Below, piece by piece: positions 39,575 to 52,350 of a stretch of DNA of 64,000 nucleotides. The stretch spans positions 49,848,001 to 49,912,000 of the forward strand of contig OX597814.1 in assembly GCA_951406725.2 (NCBI GenBank), read 5' to 3'. This DNA is from Octopus vulgaris (taxonomy: Eukaryota). The notes beneath the pieces were generated by a model that was not told the DNA's origin, ran no database searches, and saw only the letters and a program-made list of their open reading frames with translations. The translations under genes were made by a program, and so were the position numbers. The first letter of the stretch is position 1. Each line of letters begins with the position of its first letter.

Positions 39575-39791
39575 TTTATTTAAAGCAGCAGAAAATTCAA
39601 CAAAATCTGTTACTCTGAGTTTCTCGTTGCCGTTCATCAGACAGTTTTTGCTATAGTGATGAACGGCAACGAGAAACTCAGAGTAACAGATTTTGTTGAA
39701 TTTTCTGCTGCTTTAAATAAAGCATATTACTCTACCACTGGTATTTGAGTACTCTTTTTTCCACCTTGTTTCACATTTATGTGTTTACTCC

Positions 39792-39795
<4 letters not shown>
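39574..39795. mobile_element. Short fold-back element with hammerhead, between (TA)n tracts
   Basis: Arms 39574-39639 and 39658-39722 are perfect reverse complements. The right arm continues to ~39795. Confidence 0.85.
39607..39644 (-). ncRNA. Minimal type I hammerhead ribozyme motif
   Basis: cugu-CUGAUGA-a-cg(gcaa)cg-a-GAAA-cuc(a)gag-UA-acag. The plus-arm copy (39657-39689) lacks the 5' strand of stem I. Confidence 0.75.
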
Positions 39796-39888
<93 letters not shown>

Positions 39889-39977
39889 TTCAATATATTT
39901 CAATATGTGACCGCGTGTGTGTCGTTAGTGATTTTCTTTCTCCGTCTTCCCTTCCTTGGACTTTTCCTTTTTCAATG

Positions 39978-40015
39978 TTTCTGACGAAACGTCAGCGTCC
40001 GCTCGAAACGTTAAA
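39978..40015 (+). ncRNA. Hammerhead-like motif in a PLE-like tail (39885-40115)
   Basis: uuu-CUGACGA-aacguc-agc(gucc)gcu-c-GAAA-cgu-UA-aa. Stem II is irregular. Confidence 0.5.
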
Positions 40016-40137
40016 TCTTCCTTCTTTCTTTCCTTTCCTGAGCGTCCAATAACACTATACTTGTTCCACGTCCTCGCGTTGTGTTTTCTCTTTGTTCATG
40101 TTTGGATAAACTACATATATATATATATATATATATA

Positions 40138-40435
40138 AGAGTATCACGTGATCACATGACCGACCAGACCATCAGATGTTTTTTTACACATCGCTGGTCA
40201 CAATGCGTTCGCATTGTTTTAGCCTTTGAATGACGCCACCCCGCTGGCTAAGCGAGCAGGCCAACAGAAGAAAGAATGGGAGAAAGAGTGGTGAAAGAGT
40301 ACAGCAGGGATCACCACCCCCTGCCGGAGCGTCGTGGAACTCAATAAACACTCACAACGCCCGGTCTGGGAATCGAAACAGCGATCCTACGACCGCGAGT
40401 CCGCTGCCCTAACCACTGGGCCATTGCGCCTCCAC
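40138..40435 (-). mobile_element. tRNA-derived SINE family C
   Basis: Reverse complement ggcgcaatggcccagtggttagggcagcggac..gtttcgattccc has A and B boxes, followed by a non-tRNA body. Confidence 0.8.
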
Positions 40436-40621
40436 ATATAAGAGTATAAAAGGGATATATTATCCTGGCGGATAAAGAATTATCTCGTAAAATGGTATAG
40501 ACGCAGGCTATCCACAACAGTCCAATTATACAGTACTCAAGTTTAAGATAGATACTGGTACTTGTAAGCTCCATTTGTTGGGTAGTTCCTTGTTACTATT
40601 CAGAACTGCAAATATCCCAGA

Positions 40622-41130
40622 CTATATAACTGAAAACCAAAAGGAGAGTGGAGATCTATTCACATCCAAAACTTTCTTATTAAAAAAGTTTTCTATAGCA
40701 TATATAACAATGATCAACATATATTTCTATTGTAGCAACTACACATTGCACTGTATGCATATAAGTATCCAAGTCGCTGCAATTTCATCAAGGGTTCATT
40801 ACTTGCGACGTTTTCAAAGTGAACTAATTCAAACAAGCTTCTTGCGTTGGTTTTCAGTTGATGGTGATAGCGTTACTTTTTAAATCGAATTGAACCCTTG
40901 TCTTATAATCACCTCTTATGGTAGTTTGTTTGAACTGATTCACTTTGAAAATGTCTTAAGTGATGAACCCTTGATGAAATTGCAGCGATTAGGATGCATA
41001 ATTGCATACTGTACAATATGTAGTGGCTGCAATAGAAACATATGTTGGTCATTGTTATATATGCTGTAGAAAACTTTTGGATGTGAATAAATCCTCACTC
41101 CCCACTTGGTTTTCAGTTTTACATATATAT
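40622..41130. mobile_element. Fold-back element (~220-bp diverged arms) with hammerhead-like motif in each arm
   Basis: 40622-40845 versus 40926-41125 are reverse complements. A third partial copy lies at 42605-42715. Confidence 0.8.
40967..41050 (+). ncRNA. Hammerhead-like motif with UUGAUGA core
   Basis: cc-UUGAUGA-a-auugcagc..gcugcaau-a-GAAA-cauaug-UU-gg. 8-bp stem II base and palindromic stem III. Also seen at ~40712-40795 (-) and ~42631-42715 (-). Confidence 0.6.
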
Positions 41131-41133
41131 ATA

Positions 41134-41596
41134 CTAGCTATTTTGACCCGTGCTTCGCTCGGGTTTTGTTGGTGGTGTTGTTTTGTGCGTGTTGTTTCCT
41201 TTTCCCTTTCTTCTTTTGTTCGTCTTCTTTGCCTGGTTCTTTTTATTGCCCTCTTTTTTACCCCCCTTTCGAAAATCCCCCAAATTTTTACACCCACAAT
41301 TAAAGATAACGCCTCTAGCCCCAGCAGCAACACGAAAAGCCACCATTATTCAAACAGCGCAACCTGTCTATTCCCATTAAACTCAATTTTTCCCATATTC
41401 CTCACCATGGCAACCAAACGGTAGCCCGAGCGACTTGCAACCCCCCTCACACCATTACCGACCACATTCCCCCCCCCCCAGTGTAAATTTTAGCGCCAAT
41501 CCGACCCCATCTACCTTAAACCGTTCCCATCCAAAAATGAGACAAATAACCAAGAAATCAAACAACTTTTTCGCATTTCAGCTTTATAGATATTGA
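41134..41596 (-). mobile_element. Non-autonomous Helitron
   Basis: Minus strand: 5' TC(aatatctataaagc), 3' hairpin cccgagc-gaa-gcacggg, then CTAG|T. Confidence 0.7.
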
Positions 41597-41599
41597 TTA

Positions 41600-42470
41600 A
41601 AATGAGGTGGTTTTGGTGAAGCATTGTGCGGTATAATTTTAAAGAGATTTGTTGTGTAAGGACGGAACAATGTGAAAAAGTATAAAGTAAGCAACAAAAG
41701 GAAAAAAAGAAATTGCAGTTTTACCTTGCATTTCCATATTTTAGGGTAAGGAACCCTTCTTCAAGACATTTAGAGAAAGTGGTAGTTAGAAAAAGTTGTT
41801 GCTCAGATGAGTAAGTGAGGAAGGAGAAAGGGGAAGAAGTAGCAAGGTGACATGCGAAGACTGGTGTTGCTATAACAACCAGTCAGATTCATGTCGTTCC
41901 TTACAGTTGTTAATGACTCATCTCAATTTGTTGATAAAGAGGGCCTCCATAATTCTGTGATTGCCTCTGTTGCGTTGGGTGGCCCTGATGGAAACTATAA
42001 AAATTTGGGGTTTGGCACTTAGTGCTTCTTTATTGAGGTGTCCGTGTACATGTATGCTTTCATTCGGATGTGCAATTTCCTGGTAGTGCTCCCTATGAAG
42101 GATTCCCCATATTCGTTGCAGACTACTTCGTATACCACATAGGCCCTCGAGTACGTTTTGATGCCGTTGATAGGGCAATTGCACCCCACAATGCTATCAG
42201 TGGTACTTTTCCTCGACAGAACTTTCGCTAGAGATGGACCGGTGTGCACCGCCTGTATGTTGAGTCCCTCCCTGTAGATAGCGTGTTGAATAGCTGCAGT
42301 TGTTTTGTCGTCGAAGTAAGGCAGTTTGAAGAAGCGCTTTTCCGATTTCGGGTTATGGACCTTCTTATGCGGTTTACCCACTTTCGTGCTTCGTGGATGC
42401 AGTCGTTTAGCTACAGATGACGGATTGCCGTTGCTATGTTCTTGAGGAACCGCTCGGTGTTAGTACCTTT
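41600..42470 (-). pseudogene. Penelope-like element 3' part (linker + GIY-YIG endonuclease + 3' UTR)
   Basis: FKLPYF..CNCP..VVYEVVCNEYGESFIGSTTRKLHIRMK, then after a frameshift HRIMEALFINKLR. Decayed hammerhead-like motif at ~41731-41770. Confidence 0.85.
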
Positions 42471-43494
42471 GTCATTACTCTGAGGTCGATGAATAAATAA
42501 AAAAAAACTATAATTTGATTAGTTTAATAAATTATGCCAACTACCTCATCTAACAACTTGACCTAAATCTCACTTTAAAAGTCAATATTCTATAAATTAA
42601 GGCAAAGTTTTTCTTCAGCATATATAACAATGACCAACATATGTTTCTATTGCAGCAACTGCACATTGCACTGTATGCAATTATGCATCCTAATCGCTGC
42701 AATTTCATCAAGGCAGAACTGGTTGAAGCTATTTGATTCAAGACTGCTGATTTATGCATTGATGTTTTCTATTGAAATAATCTCTTCATTGTTGTTAAAT
42801 ATATGCCTCAATAATATTGGAGTCTATAAAAACTAAGATAATTTACTAAAAAGAAATTTATATTGTATAATTGTTTCTATATTTAGCATGTTTACAATGC
42901 AACATGTCTTTATCTAAAGTCTTTTTGTTTGTTTTAAAGCGTCTAATGTGACATTTGATTTTATTATTTCATAATTATTTCATGATATTTTCTACATATG
43001 CCTCGCTCTCAGGCATTCCCCCTAACGTCTCTTCCTCACGTTAGATTATCATCATTATCTGTAATCATGCAGTCACAATTACTTATGACTTAATTTTCGC
43101 CGCTAATTAGAGTTCCTAGACAACTATTGTTTACAATTTCTCTTTGTCAATGCTTCAAAATCAAATAGACCAATACCATCAGATTTATCCACTTCAAAAA
43201 ATGATACACGTGTAAAACCAATCTAATCCAGTCTAAACCATACAGCACTACATAGCCAAACTGACAAAGGCTCGTACAATCTCATCAGTTTGCTATAAAT
43301 CCGTATATTATTGCATCTCTTATTTTACTTACTTTACTAATTCCCCCTTTTCTCTTTGTTTTTTTTCTTATCCCACTGTTTCATTCATTCATTCAGTTTT
43401 TAGTTCTATTTTCCTTTCATTTTTTGCTTATTTTCTTCTCTTTCCACCTTTACTATTTTTGTTTCTTCCTACACTTATTTTTTTCTTTCTCTCT

Positions 43495-43541
<47 letters not shown>

Positions 43542-43590
43542 TCGATTCGATTCGTTTGGTTTGGTTTCGTTTCTTCTTCTTCTCTAAGCT

Positions 43591-43659
<69 letters not shown>

Positions 43660-44329
43660 GTGTGTATGTGTGTGTGCGCGCGCGTGTCTGGCTGGCTGGC
43701 TATCTTAGTTTCTCTTGTTCATTATTTCACCAGAAACTAACTCAAGCTCTTCTCTCCCCTTTGTTATTTGGATTTCTGTTGCATGTGTAGTTCACCTCTC
43801 TACATCTCTCCCTTTTCACTCTCTTACTTTCTCCCCTTTGCTATCTCTTTATTTTTCTATTCAAATTTTATCTTTCTTTCTGTCTACCAGCCTGTTTCAT
43901 TGTGTTGACATTACATATTTTGCAGTGTATTCTTCACCGTTACCTTAATATAAACATACATTATTTTGCATTATCTTTACATTTCAAAGTTTAGCATTGG
44001 AACGCCTTTCTGTAAAGTATTCACAAGATTTGAAATATCTGAAATCAGTACCAAATTCATTACTTTCGCTGCTGTGTGCAAATCTACACATTTTCTTTTT
44101 TTTTTTTTCGATATTCCTCTTTCGCACAGAACGCCATTTTCTAAGTCAATGAAGAAAGACAAGCCCACATGGAGGTGGTCGGCAATTCCTTTTGTTCCAT
44201 TTACTTTCCAACAGAGATACTCTTGCGAGAGAAGCGGTCTCCATTCGATTACCTGTGGTCTGGATCAAAGATAGAAAAAATCTCTTTGATCTTATAGTCG
44301 CCAGGAGAACCGACGACTCACTGATCTTG

Positions 44330-44401
<72 letters not shown>

Positions 44402-45794
44402 GTGTATGTGTGTGTGTATGCACATATATATATACATATATTTATGTTTAAGTATTTAGACACAGAGAGAAAAAGATAGACAGATACATAGATAGGAAGG
44501 TAAAGAGAGAGACAGAGAAGGAGGGAGGGAGAAGTAGATAGCTATGTAGCTATCTAGAGAGATAGCTATAGAGAAATAGAGTTGTAAACCTACACTTTTC
44601 AGAGGGTTATGAGTGAGTATTTGCGCGTGTTTTCATCATCATCATTATCGTCATCATCGTCATCGTCATCCTCTTCTTCCTCCTCCTCCTCCTCCTCGTC
44701 GTCGTCATCATCATCATCATCATCATCATCTATATGCGATTTGATAGCAAACAAAGGAAGTAAACTAAACATTTTCGGTTTCGTTATACATAAACGAATG
44801 AATAGAGAAAAGGCTTCAAGGAAGAAATTTAAGAGAGTTTTTTTTTTTTGTTTTTGGTAAAAAAAAAAAAAAAATAGGAATAAATATATTTCACTGAAGA
44901 CCCAAATTTTTGCTTCTATCCTGCTTGAATATGTCGTAAAATAAAATTGTAAAATAATAGATCTTAGAATAAGATTGCATCTATGTCACTGTTGTTATGG
45001 TATGGGTATGCAATACGTTGGGTTGTGATATGATTCTTTCTAATAAAGATGCACAACAAACGTTAACAAAAAAATCAATCCTGTAATATTATATCCCTCT
45101 CTCTCTCTCATTAGAAGTAAGTAACTAAATAGATATCTAATTATAGGATAATAGGTGGAGAAAGGGCATTACATGTGCTTAATTGCAAGTCGGAAAAAAA
45201 TATTTTATTTTATTTCTAATTATGGTTTTTAACGTGCATTACTATTGATCAAGATCACTCCAAATTAATTGCTAATTTTTACGTGGTAATTATCTATTTC
45301 CGTACTTTGTCATTTTAGATATCCTAAATGTTGGCATCCACTTGGGTTAATATACTGTAATTCTGTTTAGTGATTCTTTTACCGTTACTTCAGTAATATT
45401 TACTGAAGTGAAGTCAATACTTTGCTGAGAAGGTTTAAGATCAGTATATGCCAAGGGTTGACTCCCATTCCCCAGAAATACAATAAAATAATATATATTA
45501 GTAGCAGAGACAATATCAATAGCAAAAAGTAATATTTATCCCCACTTAAACGTATATGTTCCGTTAGAACAGATTATATTGCGATGGATACCATGAAAGA
45601 CATACTCATATAGGCTTTATGGTGCAAAATGCACTCTTGTTTATATAGCTAATCGTTACCATTTCCAGCGCCGAGACCACCACGTCACGTGATTTCGACT
45701 TTTTCGATGGATGCTCGACCGCTAGAGACAGCAGAGACTCATCTACCTGCCAACGATATATAGAAAAACAGTGCCAGAACTAGTGCTGGAGAGA

Positions 45795-46330
45795 CGATTC
45801 AAATACATATCAATTACATTAAAAATTAAAAAAAAAAAACAACAAAATTACAACGGACAAAATAATTAAGTAGAATCCACAACTATCGAATTTAATTTTT
45901 AATGTAATTGATGTGTTGTTGAATGGCTAACGCTCAGACTCATAATACATGAGCATTTGAATTAATTTTTTTACAATCCAGCAATTCTTTCTCACAGAAT
46001 TTCGTCTATCTACAAACCAGTTGCCCTGATGAGGCTTATATATAAAGGAATTGAATTGTTTATATATCAAAACATGTATATAAATCAAAACAAATTGTTG
46101 GCTTTTTTGGCTTTTTAAATAATTGTTTATCTTATATTGTATTATATTCATAGTATATTACGATATATTATAATATAAATAAATTATTGGATTGTCATTT
46201 GTATCTCTCTAATATATTGCTTGTAATTTGCATTATACCCTTATTTATGTGGTATTCAACCGACGTACCAGTGAACTGGATTATTTACACAGCCCTTTGA
46301 AGGAATTCTTTCGTTGTTTGTTACCCTATA
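45795..46330. repeat. PLE-like relic with short inverted repeat and decayed hammerhead-like motif
   Basis: Inverted repeat 45797-45832 versus 45891-45924. CTGATGA at 46026, atatataaa/tttatatat stem, then cAAAA-catg-TA. Confidence 0.4.
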
Positions 46331-46349
46331 TATATATACACGCACACAC

Positions 46350-46774
46350 TTTTAGTCTTTTATTTCTTTCAATCATTTGAATGCAGCCATGCTGGAGCAT
46401 CGCCATGAAGGTTTTTTAGTCGAAGAAATCGACCCCAGAACTTATTCTTTGTAAGCTTAGTTCTTATTCTCTCGGCCTCTTTTGCCGAACCGCTAGTTTA
46501 CGGGGACATAAACATACCAGCATTGGCTGTCAAGCGATGGCGCGGGGGGCAAACATAGGCACACACATACACACGCACATAAATACACCCCCACACATAC
46601 ATATATATATATATATATACATACACGACGAGCTTCTTTCGGTTCCCGCCTACCAAATACATTCACAAGGCTTTGGTCGGCCCAAGGCTATAGTAGAGAC
46701 ACTTGCTCAAAGTGTCACGCAGTAGAACTGAACACGGAATCATGTGGTTGAGAAGCAAGCTACTTACCACACAG

Positions 46775-46775
<1 letters not shown>
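46350..46775 (-). mobile_element. tRNA-derived SINE family B
   Basis: Reverse complement ctgtgtggtaagtagcttgcttctcaaccacatgattccgtgttcagttc. Colinear with 8770-9945. Confidence 0.8.
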
Positions 46776-46820
<45 letters not shown>

Positions 46821-47458
46821 CGTGGATACACTTTAAACCCGACATAATACTATGTTATTCGTTTTGAGAAAGCACGTGAAGATGTATAGCACTAGAAAGC
46901 ACTGCCATATTAGTAGTGAACAAAAAATGACGGGTTACTATGGCGTTCTTAATTATATCAACGGATATAGATATATCAAGGATACAGAGAGGGCTGCTCG
47001 GTACTAATACTACTTTCGTTGCTAATAATTAACCCGTCAGCTATTAGTGACAGTTGTGATTGAATGGCGATTGTTTTACTATGTATTATTACAGACGAAG
47101 TTTGGCTAGCGTACGGTTGTAGTGGACAGCTGCTGTTTATAAAGCTCAAATACGCTGAAATCACGTAATCTAGCAGACCATCGCCGGTGTTGGACATTAC
47201 TCAGTCTGTTACTGATATTTCTGTGCTTTTTAGCACTTTACGACATACTTTCTCAAGTCGGATACCGCAATACTATGGCGTTCGTGAAGTATAACCACGT
47301 TAAGTAGCGTATAAACATTGTTGTTCGGTACTAATACTGCTTCCATCGCTAATAACTAATAACTAACAATAATAATAATAATGATGATGATGATGATGAT
47401 GATGATAATATAATAATAACAATAGTAATAATAATAATGATGATAATATAATATTAAC

Positions 47459-47521
<63 letters not shown>

Positions 47522-47649
47522 TAGCACTCTGCCCACTAGCTTAAATTATAAATATGAACTATTATGTACAATCGGATAATTATAATGGGCACCTAGAAAA
47601 GAAATACTCGTTGGTATACATTTCCATACGTGGTAAATTTCTTTAAAGA

Positions 47650-49825
47650 GTAATTCAATGAATATATATTGACGAACTGAGTGCCAAATGAAATATTAAG
47701 TTCAATGTTACCAGCTAAAACTCTTGAAAGCTGTGCCCAATCAACTGAAACCGAATTAAGTAGAAAAGATAAAATATTTTGCCTAGGAAATGTTTACTTG
47801 GACAACGGTAACCTAACCTTAGCTTTTGTTCTCTTCCTCGAAAATGTAGCTACTATTTACACAATCTCAGTTTTTCCATAGTCCAAGAGAGGCACTCATC
47901 TCGAACTTCAGTAGAATGATAATTTTAACGCTGAAATGCTAACTTCTGGGAAGACATAATTGGGTGGAATATTTAGTTCTGGAACTAAAAACGCTGTCTT
48001 TGAAATGCTGCCATCTTTGATAGAGATTGAACTAGAAACTTTCGGGGGACCTTATTTCCCTGAACTGTGGTGTAGATCGGTCGGACATGAAGACCACTAC
48101 TAGAACTTTCACTAAATCTATTTCAAACTGGGTTTCTCTCTTGCTAGTTAGTGGCTTATAGTATCCCTTTTCAGCTTCAGCTTTCGTTTCTCTTTACCCA
48201 TATTCACATTATGTCATTCTGAGCTATCTCTGACATGTGTTTCGTCATCATTGTTGTTTTGCGACTTTTGATGCCGAGCTGATCTAGCAGTTGGTACACG
48301 GATATTGCGACACACCTTCGGCTGCCAACTTTCACTCTATCCTTCTTCTATGCAGCGCTACCCCTCTTTTCTTAGTTCTTCCATAAGGTCATATTTCCTC
48401 ACTTTACATTCGTGTAGATCATCTATTCAGCTCTCATAAGAGATTTTTGCTCGACCAAGATGATTCTGTCATCTGATTTCGGTCAAAGAACAATATTTAA
48501 ATTTTGCACTGATCAGAGCTACAAATTCTTTATAGTTCTGAAATTTTACACAAACCTTTGAGAGGCAGTTTTTACAGTGTTGATTATCTGAAATTCAAGA
48601 TGAGTTTCATCCATTGATGGAAACTTAGGTGTTGAGTTGTGTGGAAGTGATTTGAGGTGGGATGGGAAGGAGGCTCTAAAAACTGGATAATCTATCTGCC
48701 AGTAATTAGAGGGCATGGAACATCGATACTTACAGCTCGGTTACAGTAATCACGGTGGGACATCGAGGATATCCAGTCATTACTCATTATTACTCAAGAC
48801 ATTTAATGCAGATTAAATTCGAATAGTTTTCGCGCCAGTCTTAGACGTCTATAGATATTCCCCATTCTACTTCAAGTCCAAGCAGATCTTGTCCTGGCAC
48901 AATTTCATACCTGAGAAGTGTTAGGAACCCAAACCACTTCTTCCTTTCTGTTACAAACATCAGGGCTGAGTTCGTAGCTTCAGAGTGCATCTGGCCACTG
49001 ACTGAACGGACTAGCTCTTCTAGCTCTCTGCTATGTCTCCACGTGTAGCTACCACTGAAAAGGCTACCTTATTGGAACTAATCGCATGCTTCGTTGATAT
49101 CCCAACTATGACCAACCTGTCTTTGTCTTTGGCATAGTATATCAGCGACTAAATTATAACTCATGTGTTCTTCATTTTTTAAGGCAGCAGTGCACGACTA
49201 GAGGGACTTTGACTGCTACTCTTACATACAGGCCTTCCAGTGAATCAAAATGGAAAGTCCTCAGATAATGAGGCCAGACATGATTAAGCCTCACAAAGCA
49301 ATAATCATGAGCGTGATTGCCGATGTTTCTTTGGTATATGAATTGACTATTCTCTGATGATGATAATACAAAGTATTTACTAACTGTTTGGATAGAGTTG
49401 TGTTGTTTTGGTGGGGATAGCATTCTAGAATGTTTATGTTTGTGTTTGTGTGCTTGCATATGTTTGTAGCCACACTTTTGTTCCTGAAACTGAAGCAATA
49501 TTCCAATGAAAGACTCATTTAAATTTTGCACTGATCAGAGCTACAAATTCTTTATAGTCCTGAAATTTTACACAAACCTTTGAGAGGCAGTTTTTACAGT
49601 GTTGATCATCTGAAATTCAAGATGAGTCTCAACAATTGATGGAAACTTAGGTGTTGAGTTTAGTGGAAGTGATCTGAGGTGGGATGGGATGGGGGCTCTA
49701 CAAACTGGATAATCTATCTGCCAATAATTAGAGGGCATGGAACATCGATACTTGCAGCCCGGTTACAGTAATCACAGTGGGACATCGAGGATATCCAGTC
49801 ATTTCTCATTATTACTCAAAACATT
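47650..49825 (-). pseudogene. Heavily decayed RTE-like LINE (APE to start of RT)
   Basis: Fragmentary resemblance to the APE GDxN motif (~49100) and the RT start (~47750-47960). Many stops. Confidence 0.4.
48495..49825 (+). repeat. ~310-bp direct repeat pair (48495-48805, 49517-49825)
   Basis: atttaaattttgcactgatcagagc..attattactcaa occurs twice with few substitutions. Confidence 0.9.
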
Positions 49826-50659
49826 ATTCACGAGAGCAAAGTCTTACGATAAGACCTCAGATTTATTAGCTAAGGGCCATCGTCAGATGGCCTATGATGA
49901 TAACAATGATGATGATGATAATGATGATGGTGACTGTAGTAGTGGTGGTGGTGATGGTAATGGTGGTGGAGGTTGTAGAGGTGGTGGTGATGATGGTAAT
50001 GATGATGATGATGATAATGGTGATGATGATGATGATGATGATGATGATGGTGTTGGGGGTGGTGTAGCTTGAGGGAGTGGTAATGATAATTATAATGATG
50101 AGGATGATGATAATTGTGAAGGTAGAGACAGAAGGTAAACTTACAAGAATAGAGCAGAAAGATATTGAAACCAGAATAAGTGGAAGTCTGGATTGTTAAT
50201 GTCCATGCGAAAGAGATGTGGAGTATATAGAAACCCATATGCTAGAAATTGCAGTCTCAGTTATTGACCTCAACAACGACCTACCCCTGTTTCCTAAGGC
50301 ATTCACTCATCATTTTCATAATGGCACGTGTAGCAAGATATCCTATGTTGAATCAATGCAGAAGTCGAAAATTAAACTCTAAAGAATATTAATAAATTAT
50401 TGATTAATATCTAAAATTTTACTAAAATAACATTCGGTGTGAAAGAAACACATGCATAGACGAACACGCACATTCAGATATATGCGCATACATTATACAA
50501 ACAAGCATACGTACGTTAGCGAGAATATTCACTTATATAACACACCACCATGAAGCCCCAGGTGGGCACATTAACACGCATGTCTACAAATAACCAGAGA
50601 TAAGCGCTCATTCTGTGTATATATACATGGATCAACACACCTACAAATGCCTACACCTA

Positions 50660-50705
<46 letters not shown>

Positions 50706-51394
50706 GCCGCGCATAGTTATGCATATACATATATATATATATACACTCATACATACATTTATATGAACGTATATATGTATATATATATACATATATATAT
50801 ATGCATATGCATATATATACATATGAGCACATATGTGTATGTGTGCGTGTGCACGCGCGCATGCGTGTGTGGATGTGTGTATGTGTGTGCATATTCTCTT
50901 CTGTTTGTAATTATTTGAAGTCTCCCTGTTAAGGAGCTGGTTTCTAACAAAGATACGAAGCTCCATCTTTGGAATAATGATTACATGAATAATGTCTCAT
51001 TTTGATCATGAGCAAAGTCTTGCGTATTTTTACTGTTCCACTTATAGATTATATTTGTAATGTATGTGTTAACTGGCTGATCTCTTTTTAGAAAACCGTA
51101 GCTTTTCCAGATTGTTACTTAGGCATTTACTAACGAAACTAAAAAAGAGAGAAAGAAATTGAAAAAAGAGAATAAGAGGGAATAGGGAGACAGAATAAGA
51201 ATGTATAATGATAGATGATCTTAACCCTAAAATTCCACCACGTAACGGGTAACACGCTATTGTAAAGTTTCCCTTTGCATAATTCAGTCAATGCTCAAAC
51301 ATCGTCATTTTTGATGGATGTTACACTAGTAGACATGTGCGTGTTTATACAGACATATCTACATTTATACATACGTACATACATACATACATAC

Positions 51395-51860
51395 ATTATT
51401 ATTATGGCTGCCTCCTCGTTATCGAGTATGGCCATTGCACGAAGCTTAACTGTTACTGGTGCTGTGATCGAATGTGACTTTTTAGCCCAGCCAAAGATCT
51501 ACAATGTCTTGTACAAAATTAGCAACTAAAACCTTTACTGGTAATAGCCGGCTGTAGTTGTAACTGGGCTTCATGTACCTTTGCATGTCGTTTAAGTCCT
51601 CCTGCCGAATTACACTCTCTTCCACATGTCCGACAGATATGATTAGTATGGTGTGTTACACCATCACCAGTGGCCAGGTTGTCACTCATCTGTCTCGTCT
51701 TATGACTACAAAGATGACTCATGAGTCCAGCTTTACTGAGGTAGGGTCTTCCACAGACATTGCATGTCAGAATCAAAGGAAGACCCTTCCCTTCTGGAAG
51801 TGTAACAGCGATGCCCTTCCTGATATCCTTCCTTACTTTCTCGTGTGCAACTCGAGATTT
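51395..51860 (-). pseudogene. RTE-clade LINE 3' end with two C2H2-like fingers
   Basis: CNVCGRPYLSKAGLMSHLCSH and CRTCGRECNSAGGLKRHAKVH. 3' UTR gccatactcgataacgaggaggcagcc followed by ataataat. Confidence 0.75.
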
Positions 51861-52180
51861 ACGGATGCGGTTGGATGTGATGAGATGTAATGGATGGTGG
51901 GGTTAGATTGTGTAGGGGTGGGGTAACGAGGGAGGGGTGACGATGAAGGGATAGGGTTGAAGGGGGAAGGTGGGTAGAAGTGAAGAGAGGAAGTAGGTGT
52001 CAGAGCAAGAGAGGAGAGGTGGGAGGAAGTAGGCGTGAGAAGAAGAGAGGAGAGAGGAGGAGGGTTAGATGAAGAGGGGAGGAGAGTTGAGCCCATGTGG
52101 CGCAAAGAAGCGAAGAGAGAAGATTAATGCCGGTTCACGGCGAAGACGTGAATCCAGATGGCCCCTCTGCAAGAACAATC

Positions 52181-52350
52181 CGACCCCGAAAGGATGAAAG
52201 CCGAGGTTGACTTTGCCTTTCATCCTTTCGGGGTCGATAAAAATAAGTACCAGTTACGCACTGGGGTCGATATAATCGACTTAATCCGTTTGTCTGTCCT
52301 TGTTTCTCCTCTCTGTGTTTAACCCCTTGTGGGTAGTAAAGAAATAGGTA
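52181..52350 (+). mobile_element. SINE family A with inverted 5' tip, inserted in the PLE left arm
   Basis: cgaccccgaaaggatgaaag and ctttcatcctttcggggtcg form a perfect 20-bp stem, followed by the SINE body. Confidence 0.8.

Noticed and set aside
47090-47200. Possible short exon after ttattacag, or ORF 46976-47197
   Set aside because: Weak donor site and no recognisable protein.
51519-51776. Host C2H2 zinc-finger gene
   Set aside because: The fingers sit directly upstream of an RTE-type 3' UTR and tail, consistent with a LINE ORF C-terminus.
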